Under the pieces are notes generated by a model. The model was not told where the DNA came from. It was given only the letters and a program-made list of their open reading frames with translations, and did no database searches. A stretch of 61,625 nucleotides of DNA. Source: Thermoleophilia bacterium (lineage in GTDB: Bacteria > Actinomycetota > Thermoleophilia > BMS3ABIN01). Position numbers and translations under genes: made by a program. Numbering within the stretch: position 1 is the first letter of the stretch; the number at the start of each line of letters is the position of its first letter. The stretch spans positions 1 to 61,625 of the forward strand of contig JBAZWE010000003.1 of assembly GCA_041660545.1 (NCBI GenBank), written 5' to 3'. This document shows, piece after piece, positions 29,614 to 38,881 of this stretch.

Positions 29614-30330
29614 GTGAACTTCAACTACCAGATGAGATTTTCCAAAACGGGCAGGGCGCGCTTTATCGCGCACCTGGATACCTTAAGCTGTCTGATGCGC
29701 GCGATCAGGCGCGCGGGCTTCGAGTTTGCGTTGACGCAGGGGATGCGGCCCAAGCCTGTGCTGAGCCTGGCAATGCCGCTCGGTGTAGGCATTGAGGGCG
29801 AGGATGAGATCTGTGATTTCTCCCTGCAGCAGCGGGCGCCGCTTGCCGAGCTGGCAAAGAAGCTGGGCGGCGAGCTTCCCCAGGGGATGGAGCTCAAATC
29901 AGTAGGTCCTTCCTTTGACCGCACCAAGTCCGCCTCCAGGGTAGAGTCGGTCTCGTATCGTATCGAGTTTGCCGGCGCGCCCGCCGGGCTTTCCGGGGCG
30001 GCCGGACGTTACAACGAGGAAAGCGCCATCGTCCTGCTGAGAAAGAGGCCCAAGGGCGACAAGGAAGTCGACATTAAAAAATATGTGCCACAAGTCGAAC
30101 TGTCAGCGAGTGAGGGTGGACCGTGGGGCATCACTTTTGATATGGCGGTGTCCTCTGAAGGCACGGGCAGGCCCGATGAGATCATCGAGGCGCTGGCTGG
30201 CATCAGCGGCGAGGAGTTGAAGATTTCACGCATCGTCAGGACCGCGATCGATATCAGGGATGAGCCGCCACCAGCCCCGGCAAGGCCCGGCCGTCATGGA
30301 CGTCCGGCATACAGGGGCAGGAGACGCTAG
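29614..30330 (+). CDS. DUF2344 (TIGR03936-type) radical-SAM-linked protein
   Basis: 'RFSKTGRARFIAHLDTLSCLMRAIRRAGFEFALTQGMRPKP' matches the DUF2344 N-terminal pattern. It starts 10 nt after the radical SAM gene. Confidence 0.72.
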   Translation: MNFNYQMRFSKTGRARFIAHLDTLSCLMRAIRRAGFEFALTQGMRPKPVLSLAMPLGVGIEGEDEICDFSLQQRAPLAELAKKLGGELPQGMELKSVGPSFDRTKSASRVESVSYRIEFAGAPAGLSGAAGRYNEESAIVLLRKRPKGDKEVDIKKYVPQVELSASEGGPWGITFDMAVSSEGTGRPDEIIEALAGISGEELKISRIVRTAIDIRDEPPPAPARPGRHGRPAYRGRRR

Positions 30331-30560
30331 GCGGGCCCAGGTTTTAACTGTTTCCGCATGTGGATATAATGACCTTTGAGGGGACGGCGTCAGCTGATCG
30401 GTGATTCCCCAAAAGTTTTAGCCCGCTCTTTTCTATGCCTGATGACTTTTTGACAGACAGGCGGGCGAATTGGAAGTTTATCAAGGTTTGAACCGGAGTC
30501 ATGCCGTTTTGCGGCGGGCGCCCGGTTTTTACAAATTTTAACGAAAGGCAGTTGAGCAAC

Positions 30561-32339
30561 ATGGCAGGTCGCGCCAAGCAGATCCTGGTGAGCGCGGAGC
30601 CGAACGAACTCAAGGTGGCTATTCTTGAGGATGGAAGGCTTTGCGAGATTTACGTTGAGAGGAAAGGACGTCGGCCGCTGGCCGGCAACATCTACAAGGG
30701 CAAGGTCGAAAACGTGTTGCCAGGCATGGAGGCGGCCTTTGTGGATATCGGACTCGAAAAGAACGGTTTCCTCTATGTCGAGGAAGTCATGGTTCACGAG
30801 GATCCCGACAAGCGTCCCAAGAAGATCACACAGATGTTGCGCTCGAGCCAGGAGATACTGGTCCAGATCGTGAAAGACCCGATGGGAACCAAGGGCGCGC
30901 GTCTGACTACCCAGTTATCGATCCCCGGCACTTTTCTTGTTTATGTTACAGATGGTGACGGCGTGGGTGTCTCGCGCCGGCTGTCCGATGAAGAGCGCCA
31001 GCGGCTGCGGCAGATGTGCCGTGAACTGAAGGTCAAGGGGGCGGGTCTCATCGTCCGCACGGCCGCCGAAGGCGTAACGAAGAAGGAACTCGCCGGTGAC
31101 CTGAAGTTCCTCGAGAAGATGTGGCAGACCGTCAAGGGACGCGACAAGGGCTCACCGGCCCCGTCGCTGCTGTATTCAGAGATGGAAGTATCCCTGAAAG
31201 TCATGCGCGACCTCTTCAACGACACATACGAGCGGGTCCTGGTTGATTCGCAGCGGGAATATGACAGAATACGCTCCTTCATGAAGAAGACCTCGTCGGA
31301 GCTTATCGATCGCGTCGAACTCTACCAGGGCAGCAAGCCGCTGATGGAGACCTACGGCGTTGACGAGGAGATCAAGAAGGCCCTCAAGCGCAGGGTCGAC
31401 CTTCCCAGTGGCGGCTACCTGGTTATCGAATATACCGAGGCAATGACGATCATAGACGTCAATACCGGCCGCTACGTGGGAAAGACCCGGCTCGAGGATA
31501 CGATCGTCAAGACGAACATCGAGGCTTGCAAGGAGGTCGTGCGTCAGCTGCGCCTGCGCGATATCGGTGGAATCATCATCATCGACTTCATCGATATGGC
31601 CCGGCCCCGCAACCGCCACCAGGTACTGGAGACGCTGGGCAAGGAACTCGACACCGACCGCACCAAGACATATATAGTCGAACTCTCACCGCTGGGGCTG
31701 GTCGAGATGACCAGGCAGAACGTGACCGACGGCCTGAGGGGCATCCTCACCAAGACATGTCCTACCTGCGAGGGGGAGGGCGTCATCGTATCCGAGGAGA
31801 CGATGGCGTTCGACATTGAGCGCCGCCTGCGGCGCCTGGCCGCGACTTCACCTCAGGAGGCTTTCCTGGTCGAGGTCCATCCCAAGGTGGCGGCCATGCT
31901 TATCGGTCAAGGCGGAGCCAAGCTGCGCGAGCTGGAAGAGGAGACGCATAAATACTTCAGCTTCGAGGGTCTGGACACCATCCCCATCGATACGTTTGAA
32001 GTCTCGGCCGAGGGCAGCAGGGACGCGATCCAGCGGGCCTCATTGCCGGTCGCCGAGGGCGACGAGGTACGGCTTAGGATCGAAGAGCCTCATATGTATA
32101 ACCCGGACGATGCCATCGCCAAGATCGACGGCTATGTCGTGAGTATCGCCGGTGGCAGCAAGTTGGTGGGACAGGACACGAAAGTCCACATCGACAGTGT
32201 CACCCGCACCTGCGCCTACGCGACCCTGATGGACGACAATCAGCCGGATAAAACCGAGGAAAAACAGTCCGGGGGCGACGGCGACATCGATGTGCCCAAG
32301 CGGCAGGACTGGAGAGTCAGCCAGGAGGACAGCGCTTAA
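30561..32339 (+). CDS. rne: Ribonuclease E/G family endoribonuclease
   Basis: S1 domain 'GNIYKGKVENVLPGMEAAFVDIG', catalytic-core segments 'IDVNTGRYVGK' and 'GGIIIIDFIDM', and Zn-link 'CPTCEGEG'. The ATG at 30561 ('MAGRAKQILV') is the likely start. The ORF track starts at 30501. Confidence 0.92.
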   Translation: MAGRAKQILVSAEPNELKVAILEDGRLCEIYVERKGRRPLAGNIYKGKVENVLPGMEAAFVDIGLEKNGFLYVEEVMVHEDPDKRPKKITQMLRSSQEILVQIVKDPMGTKGARLTTQLSIPGTFLVYVTDGDGVGVSRRLSDEERQRLRQMCRELKVKGAGLIVRTAAEGVTKKELAGDLKFLEKMWQTVKGRDKGSPAPSLLYSEMEVSLKVMRDLFNDTYERVLVDSQREYDRIRSFMKKTSSELIDRVELYQGSKPLMETYGVDEEIKKALKRRVDLPSGGYLVIEYTEAMTIIDVNTGRYVGKTRLEDTIVKTNIEACKEVVRQLRLRDIGGIIIIDFIDMARPRNRHQVLETLGKELDTDRTKTYIVELSPLGLVEMTRQNVTDGLRGILTKTCPTCEGEGVIVSEETMAFDIERRLRRLAATSPQEAFLVEVHPKVAAMLIGQGGAKLRELEEETHKYFSFEGLDTIPIDTFEVSAEGSRDAIQRASLPVAEGDEVRLRIEEPHMYNPDDAIAKIDGYVVSIAGGSKLVGQDTKVHIDSVTRTCAYATLMDDNQPDKTEEKQSGGDGDIDVPKRQDWRVSQEDSA

Positions 32340-32341
32340 GG

Positions 32342-32370
32342 TTGGCGCTGGCCCCACGGTTTGCTATAAT
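32342..32370 (+). promoter_or_regulatory. Promoter candidate for rplU-rpmA
   Basis: TTGGCG (32342-32347), a 17-nt spacer and TATAAT (32365-32370). The ~110-nt leader contains the inverted repeat CCCCACG...CGTGGGG and the hairpin TGATG-cgggaaa-CATCA. Confidence 0.4.
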
Positions 32371-32478
32371 CCGTGAGGCTCGTGGGGAGGCTTACGGGAA
32401 AGATCCCTTGCGCTCGAAGAGCGCGAACATCGGGCTGATGCGGGAAACATCAGACAGGTTTTTAGAAATTAAACGGAC

Positions 32479-32826
32479 ATGGACAAGAATATGTACGCGG
32501 TAATCGAACTTTGCGGAAAACAATACAAGGTCGAAAAGGGCGAAGAGCTTCTGGTCGATCGTCTCGATATGGACGAAGGCCAGTCGATGACCCTCGTTCC
32601 CGTGCTGATCGGCGGGGACAGTCCGGCTGTTACGGCCGCCCAGCTCAAGGGCGCCAAGGTCAAGGCCAAGGTGGAAGAGCACCTGCTGGGTAAAAAGATC
32701 CGCGTGTTCAAATATAAGGCCAAAAAAGGTTATCGCCGGAACAACGGGCATCGTAGCCGTCTTTCCAAAATCACGATTCAGACTATCACCGCAGGCAAGA
32801 AGAAGGTGGAGACAGATGGCGCATAA
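32479..32826 (+). CDS. rplU: 50S ribosomal protein L21 (start 32479 or 32491)
   Basis: '[25 protein letters not shown]' and '[21 protein letters not shown]'. Confidence 0.96.
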   Translation: MDKNMYAVIELCGKQYKVEKGEELLVDRLDMDEGQSMTLVPVLIGGDSPAVTAAQLKGAKVKAKVEEHLLGKKIRVFKYKAKKGYRRNNGHRSRLSKITIQTITAGKKKVETDGA

Positions 32827-33073
32827 AAAAGGTTCGGGAACAAGCCGGAACGGGCGCGACTCGCATGCACAGCGGCTGGGTTGCAAGAGCTTTGGCGGCC
32901 AGGTTATATCGGCCGGATCGATCATCGTCAGGCAGCGTGGCACCCGCTTCAAGCCGGGTTCAGGCGCCGGCATCGGTGGCGACGATACGATATTCGCCAC
33001 GGTAACCGGCAGGGTCGTCTTCTCGCGCGGCGCGGTCAGGACTATCAGCGTCATTCCGGAGGAGCTCTCCTAG
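32816..33073 (+). CDS. rpmA: 50S ribosomal protein L27 (no N-terminal propeptide)
   Basis: '[48 protein letters not shown]'. It overlaps the end of rplU by 11 nt. Confidence 0.97.
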   Translation: MAHKKGSGTSRNGRDSHAQRLGCKSFGGQVISAGSIIVRQRGTRFKPGSGAGIGGDDTIFATVTGRVVFSRGAVRTISVIPEELS

Positions 33074-33105
33074 GGTGTTAAATCGCAGCAATTTGGGATA
33101 TTTTT

Positions 33106-33137
33106 AAGCCGCCTGATTGGGCGGCTTTTTTGTTTTT
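33106..33137 (+). terminator. Rho-independent terminator after rpmA
   Basis: AAGCCGCC (33106-33113), loop TGATTG, GGCGGCTT (33120-33127), then a T-rich tail TTTTTTGTTTTT. Confidence 0.85.
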
Positions 33138-33185
33138 ATCAGTCAGGCGACACATCAGGCGTCTCCTGGGCAAAGTATGTTATCT

Positions 33186-33211
33186 GTCATCCTTAAGCGA
33201 AGCGAAGGACC
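33186..33211 (+). repeat. Half-copy of the GTCATYCTGAGG...CGAAGRATC intergenic repeat family
   Basis: 'GTCATCCTTAAGCGAAGCGAAGGACC' resembles the left arm seen at 46903, 42831, 55093 and 58914. Confidence 0.5.
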
Positions 33212-33223
33212 TACTTGATCTAG

Positions 33224-34582
33224 ATGTTTTATGATCGCGCCACAATTGAATTGCTCGCGGGGAAAGGCGGTAACGGCTGCGTCAGTTTCCGGCGGGAGAA
33301 GTTCGTACCCAAGGGCGGGCCGGATGGCGGCGACGGGGGAGACGGCGGCGATGTCATCCTGATTGCTTCAAGGCGATTACGAGACCTGACCTATTTCCAG
33401 CGGCAGCGGCATTTTAAGGCCGGCAAGGGCAGGCCTGGTGAGGGCGCAAAAAGACATGGCAAGCGTGGGGAGGACCTGATCATCGAGGTTCCCTGCGGTA
33501 CGCAGATCACCGTGGGTGACGAACTCGTGGCCGACCTTACCGTCGAAGGGCAGCGTTTTCTGGCTGTTCGCGGCGGTGATGCGGGAAAAGGGAATGCGCG
33601 GTTTGTTACTTCGACGCGCCGGACGCCGCGGTTCGCGGAATTGGGTCTTCCGGGTGAAGAGCTCACCGTGAACATGGAGCTTAAACTCCTGGCTGACGCC
33701 GGTCTGCTGGGATTCCCCAATGCCGGCAAATCTTCCCTGCTCAGGCGCATATCCCACGCCAAACCCAAGGTGGCCGATTACCCGTTTACCACGGTAGCCC
33801 CCATGCTTGGTACGGTCGAAGACCCCGACGGACATAATCAGTTCACAGTTGCCGACATACCGGGACTGCTCGAGGGCGCCAGTGAGGGTGTGGGCCTGGG
33901 TGATGAGTTCCTCATGCATCTGGAGCGGACGGGTCTGCTCATCCACCTGGTCGATGTTACCGGGTACTACGGCAAGGAGCCGGTCGATAACTTTATATCC
34001 ATCAACAGGGAGCTGAGCGGGTTCAGCCCCGAGCTGGCGGCCAAAACCCAGTTCATCGCCCTCAACAAGGTTGACCTGGAACCTGAAGATGTTGTAAAAA
34101 AGGTGGTCGCTATGCTGGCTGATGAGATCGCCCGCCGTTGCCGCTCGGGAGACCCTGCTTTCGCCTGGCTCATGGAAATGGCTGACGGTGACCCGGATCA
34201 GGTCGACGGTTCCTCGGCAATCATTGCCATCTCCGCGGCGACCGGAGCGGGTATCAACCTGTTGATAAGACGTGCCTATGACCTGCTGCAGCGTTCCTGG
34301 GACAGGCAGCCGGTCCTTCAGGCAAGCGAGCCTGGCGGCCATATCACCTACAGGCCGGCGGCAGGGGACCACTGGGAAATAGTGGAAGAAGACAGCATAT
34401 ACCGTGTCATGGGTCCGGCGGTTGAGCGTATCGTGGCCCGTACGGATTTCGAAAATGAGGAGGCGGTAGCTTATCTCCAGGAGCGCCTTGAGAAGCTGGG
34501 CGTCAGCGAGGCCCTGCGCGCGGCCGGCGCTGTCTCGGGAGAAGACGTCATCATCGGCAGCATGGAATTCGTGTTCTGGTAA
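33224..34582 (+). CDS. obg: GTPase Obg/CgtA
   Basis: Glycine-rich Obg fold 'GGNGCVSFRREKFVPKGGPDGGDGGDGGDV', G1 'GFPNAGKSSLL', G3 'DIPGLLEGA' and G4 'LNKVD'. C-terminal OCT-like domain. Confidence 0.97.
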   Translation: MFYDRATIELLAGKGGNGCVSFRREKFVPKGGPDGGDGGDGGDVILIASRRLRDLTYFQRQRHFKAGKGRPGEGAKRHGKRGEDLIIEVPCGTQITVGDELVADLTVEGQRFLAVRGGDAGKGNARFVTSTRRTPRFAELGLPGEELTVNMELKLLADAGLLGFPNAGKSSLLRRISHAKPKVADYPFTTVAPMLGTVEDPDGHNQFTVADIPGLLEGASEGVGLGDEFLMHLERTGLLIHLVDVTGYYGKEPVDNFISINRELSGFSPELAAKTQFIALNKVDLEPEDVVKKVVAMLADEIARRCRSGDPAFAWLMEMADGDPDQVDGSSAIIAISAATGAGINLLIRRAYDLLQRSWDRQPVLQASEPGGHITYRPAAGDHWEIVEEDSIYRVMGPAVERIVARTDFENEEAVAYLQERLEKLGVSEALRAAGAVSGEDVIIGSMEFVFW

Positions 34583-34634
34583 GTTGATCCTTTTTGCGAT
34601 AAATAACGGCTTGTCCTGGACAGGATGAACAATT

Positions 34635-34994
34635 ATGGAAATTGAGAGAAAATATCTATACGGAATGATTGCCATTGTCGCATTGATTTCGGCATTACTC
34701 GCCTGGTATTTCTTTCTAAAGGCGAGTCCATACGCGCAGGTCGTCGGCACGTATTGCAGCAACTCGGCCGGTTCGAGTTATTGCTATGAGCTCAAAGACG
34801 ATGGGACCTATTCGCTGAACGTGAAGCGCGCTGGCACGGACAGGCAAGACACATTCGAGAGCCAGTACCGGATTAAGGACAACGAGATCAATCTCGACAG
34901 CCCAAACGAGCAGATAGGAAAGCGAACCATATTCACAGTAGAGGGAAACAGGCTGTGTGCGGACGGTGAATGCCTGTTTGTGAAGCAGGAATAG
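34635..34994 (+). CDS. Hypothetical small membrane-anchored protein
   Basis: 119 aa. One N-terminal TM helix ('GMIAIVALISALLAWYFFL') is followed by a beta-rich soluble part with four Cys. I recognise no family. Confidence 0.4.
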   Translation: MEIERKYLYGMIAIVALISALLAWYFFLKASPYAQVVGTYCSNSAGSSYCYELKDDGTYSLNVKRAGTDRQDTFESQYRIKDNEINLDSPNEQIGKRTIFTVEGNRLCADGECLFVKQE

Positions 34995-35056
34995 AGCGCG
35001 AGTCGCTCGACATCGATATAATTCGGCTAGCAGGAAGATCAACTAAATGAGCAGAT

Positions 35057-35983
35057 ATGACCTCAAATTTCGCTGACAGGCTAAGCGCGGCGATACTCGG
35101 TAAACAGTCCCAGGTATGCGTGGGGCTCGACCCGCGCATCGACCGCATGCCGAAACATCTGCTCGAGCGTTACCGTGCACTCGAGCCCTCAGGCTGTGGT
35201 TGCGGGCGCAAGGAGGCCGCGGCGTGCCTGGAGGAGTTCTGCGCGGACGTAATCGACGCTGTTGCGCCTCACGCAGTGGCCGTCAAACTGCAGCTTGCAT
35301 GCTTTGAGCAATACAGCGCTCCAGGCTTCAGGGCTTTTCGGCATCTTGTGAAAAAAGCTTCCAAAGCCGGCCTCATCGTTATCGCCGACGCCAAACGCGG
35401 CGACATCGGCATCTCCGCCGGCGCATATTCATCTGCTTTTCTCGGAGCGCCGGATGGACTGGACGGCAGACTCAACAGCCTGGAGATCGACGCGCTCACG
35501 GTCAATCCGCTTTTCGGCGGCGACGGCATCGAACCTTTCATAAACGACTGCGGCAAATACGGCAAGGGGATCTTCATTCTGGTCAGGACATCGAATGCGG
35601 GCGCCGCCCAGTTACAGGACCTGCGCCTTGAATCCGGCGAGCTATGGCATGAACACCTGGCGGGAATGGTGGACGGATGGGGCCGGGATCTCATCGGTAA
35701 AGAAGGTTACAGCAGCGTGGGGGCGGTCGTCGGCGCTACAGAGCCCGTAGCCCTGGCTCGACTTCGCGCACTGTTGCCGAAAGCCATCCTGCTGCTTCCC
35801 GGCTATGGAGCCCAGGGCGCTGGCCCGGCCGAAGTCGCTCCAGCATTCGATTCACGCGGCCTGGGTGCGCTCGTGACCGCTTCCCGTAGTATAATCTACG
35901 CTGGAAGCGGAGAAGATTACGCCGGTGCCGCAGGCAAGGCTGCAGCGCGGATGCGCGCACAGCTCTGGCAGGTCCGGAGTTAA
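35057..35983 (+). CDS. pyrF: Orotidine 5'-phosphate decarboxylase, long (type 2) form
   Basis: 'SQVCVGLDPRIDRMP' and 'VIADAKRGDIGISAGAY'. Its length of about 308 aa is typical of the type 2 PyrF found in actinobacteria. Confidence 0.85.
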   Translation: MTSNFADRLSAAILGKQSQVCVGLDPRIDRMPKHLLERYRALEPSGCGCGRKEAAACLEEFCADVIDAVAPHAVAVKLQLACFEQYSAPGFRAFRHLVKKASKAGLIVIADAKRGDIGISAGAYSSAFLGAPDGLDGRLNSLEIDALTVNPLFGGDGIEPFINDCGKYGKGIFILVRTSNAGAAQLQDLRLESGELWHEHLAGMVDGWGRDLIGKEGYSSVGAVVGATEPVALARLRALLPKAILLLPGYGAQGAGPAEVAPAFDSRGLGALVTASRSIIYAGSGEDYAGAAGKAAARMRAQLWQVRS

Positions 35984-36026
35984 TCGCACGTCAGCGAGTG
36001 ATACTTCTTTTAGCGGAGGAGTGCAT

Positions 36027-36368
36027 TTGAATTACCAGATCGAATCAAAAATCATCAAAGCTCTGGCCATCGCAGCTTTGGCTGTCGCCCTGTTTACCAT
36101 GGGAATAATCACGGCCAATACCGGCATCATCGGCGGTGGCTCTTCGGAAGCTGCCGAAACCGGCGATACAGCCATCGCATCATCGGGCGAATCGGCATCA
36201 GCACAAGCCACTCCGGCTACCGCTACCAGGAACCACGTGGTCCAGGACGGCGACAGTTTCTACAGTATCGCCCGTAAATACGACACTTCCATCAGCGAGA
36301 TCCAGAAGCTCAACCCCAATATCGATCCACAGCACCTGACTGCCGGCATCAGGCTGGCAATACCTTAA
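36027..36368 (+). CDS. Membrane-anchored LysM-domain protein
   Basis: TM helix 'IIKALAIAALAVALFTMGII', a Ser/Ala/Thr linker and a C-terminal LysM 'HVVQDGDSFYSIARKYDTSISEIQKLNPNIDPQHLTAGIRLAIP'. The TTG at 36027 lies 6 nt after GGAGGA. The ORF-track start at 35925 overlaps pyrF and is unlikely. Confidence 0.72.
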   Translation: MNYQIESKIIKALAIAALAVALFTMGIITANTGIIGGGSSEAAETGDTAIASSGESASAQATPATATRNHVVQDGDSFYSIARKYDTSISEIQKLNPNIDPQHLTAGIRLAIP

Positions 36369-36398
36369 GATGGGCGGTCCGCTCAGCAGTCCACGCTT

Positions 36399-37580
36399 AT
36401 GAAGAATTTACGAATCAGAATAATACTACTGCTTGTCCTGACGATAACGCTTGGCCTCTCCGTATACGCGCCAAGGGCCTGGGCCCAGGAAAGCCCGCCG
36501 CCCCCGGGCGTCAGCGCCAGGGCTGCTGTGCTCATAAACGCCGACACGGGCAAGGTCCTCTATAGTCTGAACCCCGATGAGCCCATACCGATGGCAAGCA
36601 CGACCAAGATGATGACGGCTCTGCTTACCATGGAGAACATCAAGGATCTCAATGCGATGGTCACTACCAGCCAGCGTGCCGCGGAGGTCGGAGAATCGTC
36701 CGTCTGGCTTACCGCCGGGGAGAAACTCACAGTCAAGGAGATGCTGACCGGCATGCTCGTGCAAAGCGGCAACGACACGGCGACCGCGCTTGCCGAATTC
36801 CAGTCGGGCACCGTCGAGGCCTTCGTGGACAAGATGAACAAGCGCGCAGCCGAGCTGGGGATGAAGAATACCCACTTCGCCAATCCCCATGGCCTCGATG
36901 ACCCCGCGCATTATACATCGGCCGCCGATTTTGTCCGGCTGGGAACCGAGCTGATGAAGTTTCCGCTGGTCCGCGAGATCGTCAAGAGCCCGTATGCCAC
37001 GATCCCGTGGACTGGTCAGCCGTTCGGCCGCAGTCTCACAAACCATAACCATCTGCTTGAGCAATATCCCTTCATCAACGGCATAAAGACCGGATACACC
37101 GATAACGCAGGCCAGTGCATCGTCATCTCTGCAAGCGAGAATGGAGTAAACCTGATTCTCGCCTATCTGGGCGGCCCCTCGTTATCCCAGCGTGACTCGG
37201 AAGTCGTGAGCCTGGTGCGCTTCGGGTTTGACAGTTACCAGCAACGGACAGTTATTGAGGGGGGCACCAATTATGCGTCCATCGATATCCCGTTTGAGTG
37301 GGGAAGAAAGATGGAGCTGGCTTCATCGGACGAACTTGTCAGGACAGTCTACGTGAAAGATAATGTGGTGCATCAACTTACTCTTCCCGAGGACGTGGAG
37401 CTGCCACTTCACAAGGGCGACAAGATCGGGATCGTGGAGGCATACGATGGCGGCAGACTGCTCGGGAGTTCATACCTGATAGCCACGGAAGATATACCGG
37501 AGCCGGGATACAGGGACAGGATCACATATTACGTGCACTCAGTTTTCAATCTTGTTTTAGCCGCAATAGTACCGGGATAA
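36399..37580 (+). CDS. Serine-type D-Ala-D-Ala carboxypeptidase (peptidase S11, PBP5-like)
   Basis: Signal peptide, SxxK 'MASTTKMMTAL', SxN 'VQSGNDTA' and KTG 'IKTGYTDNAG', plus a C-terminal beta-sandwich domain. Confidence 0.88.
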   Translation: MKNLRIRIILLLVLTITLGLSVYAPRAWAQESPPPPGVSARAAVLINADTGKVLYSLNPDEPIPMASTTKMMTALLTMENIKDLNAMVTTSQRAAEVGESSVWLTAGEKLTVKEMLTGMLVQSGNDTATALAEFQSGTVEAFVDKMNKRAAELGMKNTHFANPHGLDDPAHYTSAADFVRLGTELMKFPLVREIVKSPYATIPWTGQPFGRSLTNHNHLLEQYPFINGIKTGYTDNAGQCIVISASENGVNLILAYLGGPSLSQRDSEVVSLVRFGFDSYQQRTVIEGGTNYASIDIPFEWGRKMELASSDELVRTVYVKDNVVHQLTLPEDVELPLHKGDKIGIVEAYDGGRLLGSSYLIATEDIPEPGYRDRITYYVHSVFNLVLAAIVPG

Positions 37581-37607
37581 CTTTTTCCCGCGCTGGAGGT
37601 TGTCTGG

Positions 37608-38555
37608 ATGATCGTTACAGTAACTCTGAACGCCGCGCTTGACCGCACGCTGACAGTTCCCAATTTTCAGGCGGGATTCCGTCACCGGGCCAGCGAAAGT
37701 CTGACTCTGCCCGGTGGCAAGGGCGTCAATATCGCCAGGGCATTGAAAGCCCTGGGACAACCCGTGATAGCCATCGGCCTCGCAGGAGGCAAAACGGGTA
37801 TAAGGATCGTCGAGGATCTGACCACCGAAGGAATTCTCAACGATTTCGTCCGCATCCGCGGCGAGTCGCGAACATCGACCGCCATCATCGATCCGACCAG
37901 CAATACTCAGACCGAGGTCAATGAGTATGGCCCGGTTGTGACGGCGCGTGAGCTGCACGCCTTCATGGAGAAATTCACCTATATCGCCAAGGGGGCGGAC
38001 GTCGTTATTCTTGCCGGCTCTCTTCCCCGCAAGGTAAAGGATTCTTTTTACAAAGAGCTTGTAGGCGCGCTGAAATCAAGTGAGGCCCTGACAGTGCTCG
38101 ATACCGCCGGTGAGCCACTGCGTCTGGCTATAAAGGCCGGCCCGGGGCTGGTTTCGCCGAACATTTTCGAGGCCGAGGCGCTCATCGGCCACGAGTTTGG
38201 CGATGACGAGGATTTCTTCCAGGCGACCCAACAGCTGAGCCGCATGGGCTCGGGTTCAGGCATCATCACTCATTCACGCGGTTGTTATGCTTACCTGGAT
38301 GAAGGAGACGGCAGGCAGACCGTCTATAAGGTTCAGGCGCCTCCACTCGACCCGATCAGCACTGTCGGCTCTGGAGATGCCTTCCTGGCGGGATATGTGT
38401 CGGCGAAACTTTCGGGCAAGAGTCCCGCGGAATGCCTCAGACAGGGTGTCGCCTGCGGTGCGGCTAATACACAGAAGTATGGCGCAGGCGTCTTCGACCC
38501 CCACGAGGTCAAACGTCTGTACGCGAAAACAAAGCTGGAAGAGCGGGAAGTCTGA
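37608..38555 (+). CDS. PfkB-family sugar(-phosphate) kinase (1-phosphofructokinase / tagatose-6-P kinase-like)
   Basis: 'GGKGVNIARAL' N-terminal motif and 'TVGSGDAFLAGY' ATP/anion-hole motif. About 315 aa. Confidence 0.85.
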   Translation: MIVTVTLNAALDRTLTVPNFQAGFRHRASESLTLPGGKGVNIARALKALGQPVIAIGLAGGKTGIRIVEDLTTEGILNDFVRIRGESRTSTAIIDPTSNTQTEVNEYGPVVTARELHAFMEKFTYIAKGADVVILAGSLPRKVKDSFYKELVGALKSSEALTVLDTAGEPLRLAIKAGPGLVSPNIFEAEALIGHEFGDDEDFFQATQQLSRMGSGSGIITHSRGCYAYLDEGDGRQTVYKVQAPPLDPISTVGSGDAFLAGYVSAKLSGKSPAECLRQGVACGAANTQKYGAGVFDPHEVKRLYAKTKLEEREV

Positions 38556-38562
38556 GCAACAA

Positions 38563-38592
38563 AAAAGGAAGCTGACCCGGCTTCCTTTTTTG
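38563..38592 (+). terminator. Rho-independent terminator after the PfkB-family gene
   Basis: AAAAGGAAGC-tgaccc-GGCTTCCTTTTTT. The GC-rich stem is followed by a T run. Confidence 0.8.
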
Positions 38593-38881
38593 GAGGATGA
38601 AGGCTGTTTTGTTTTCCAAGAAACTTAGTGTCCGTTTGCGGAAAACGGGAGGCTCCGGCCGGTATCAACCTATCAGTTGGCGGGGCTGGGGCTGGTCTCT
38701 CTTACCCACAGTGTTTCTTACACGTGTTTAATCGACCACTGCGGTAAAAACCTTGAGAGCGGTACGACTCTAATTTCCTACCGATTAACTCATCATTGTA
38801 TGATTCGGGCTATAAAAATATACTTATGTATAACAGGCATCATATTATGGCCAAAAAGCGCATTCGACCGGGGGAACAAGA

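Noticed and set aside
33377-34762. A 461-aa ORF on the minus strand. There are similar long antisense ORFs at 5372-6121, 28978-29673, 32392-33054, 45028-45744 and 53378-54076.
   Set aside because: Each lies antisense to a confidently identified, motif-rich + strand gene (obg, tig, the radical SAM gene, rplU/rpmA, smc, ffh). Their translations are low-complexity Arg/Ala/Ser/Pro-rich. These are the usual shadow ORFs of GC-rich coding DNA.
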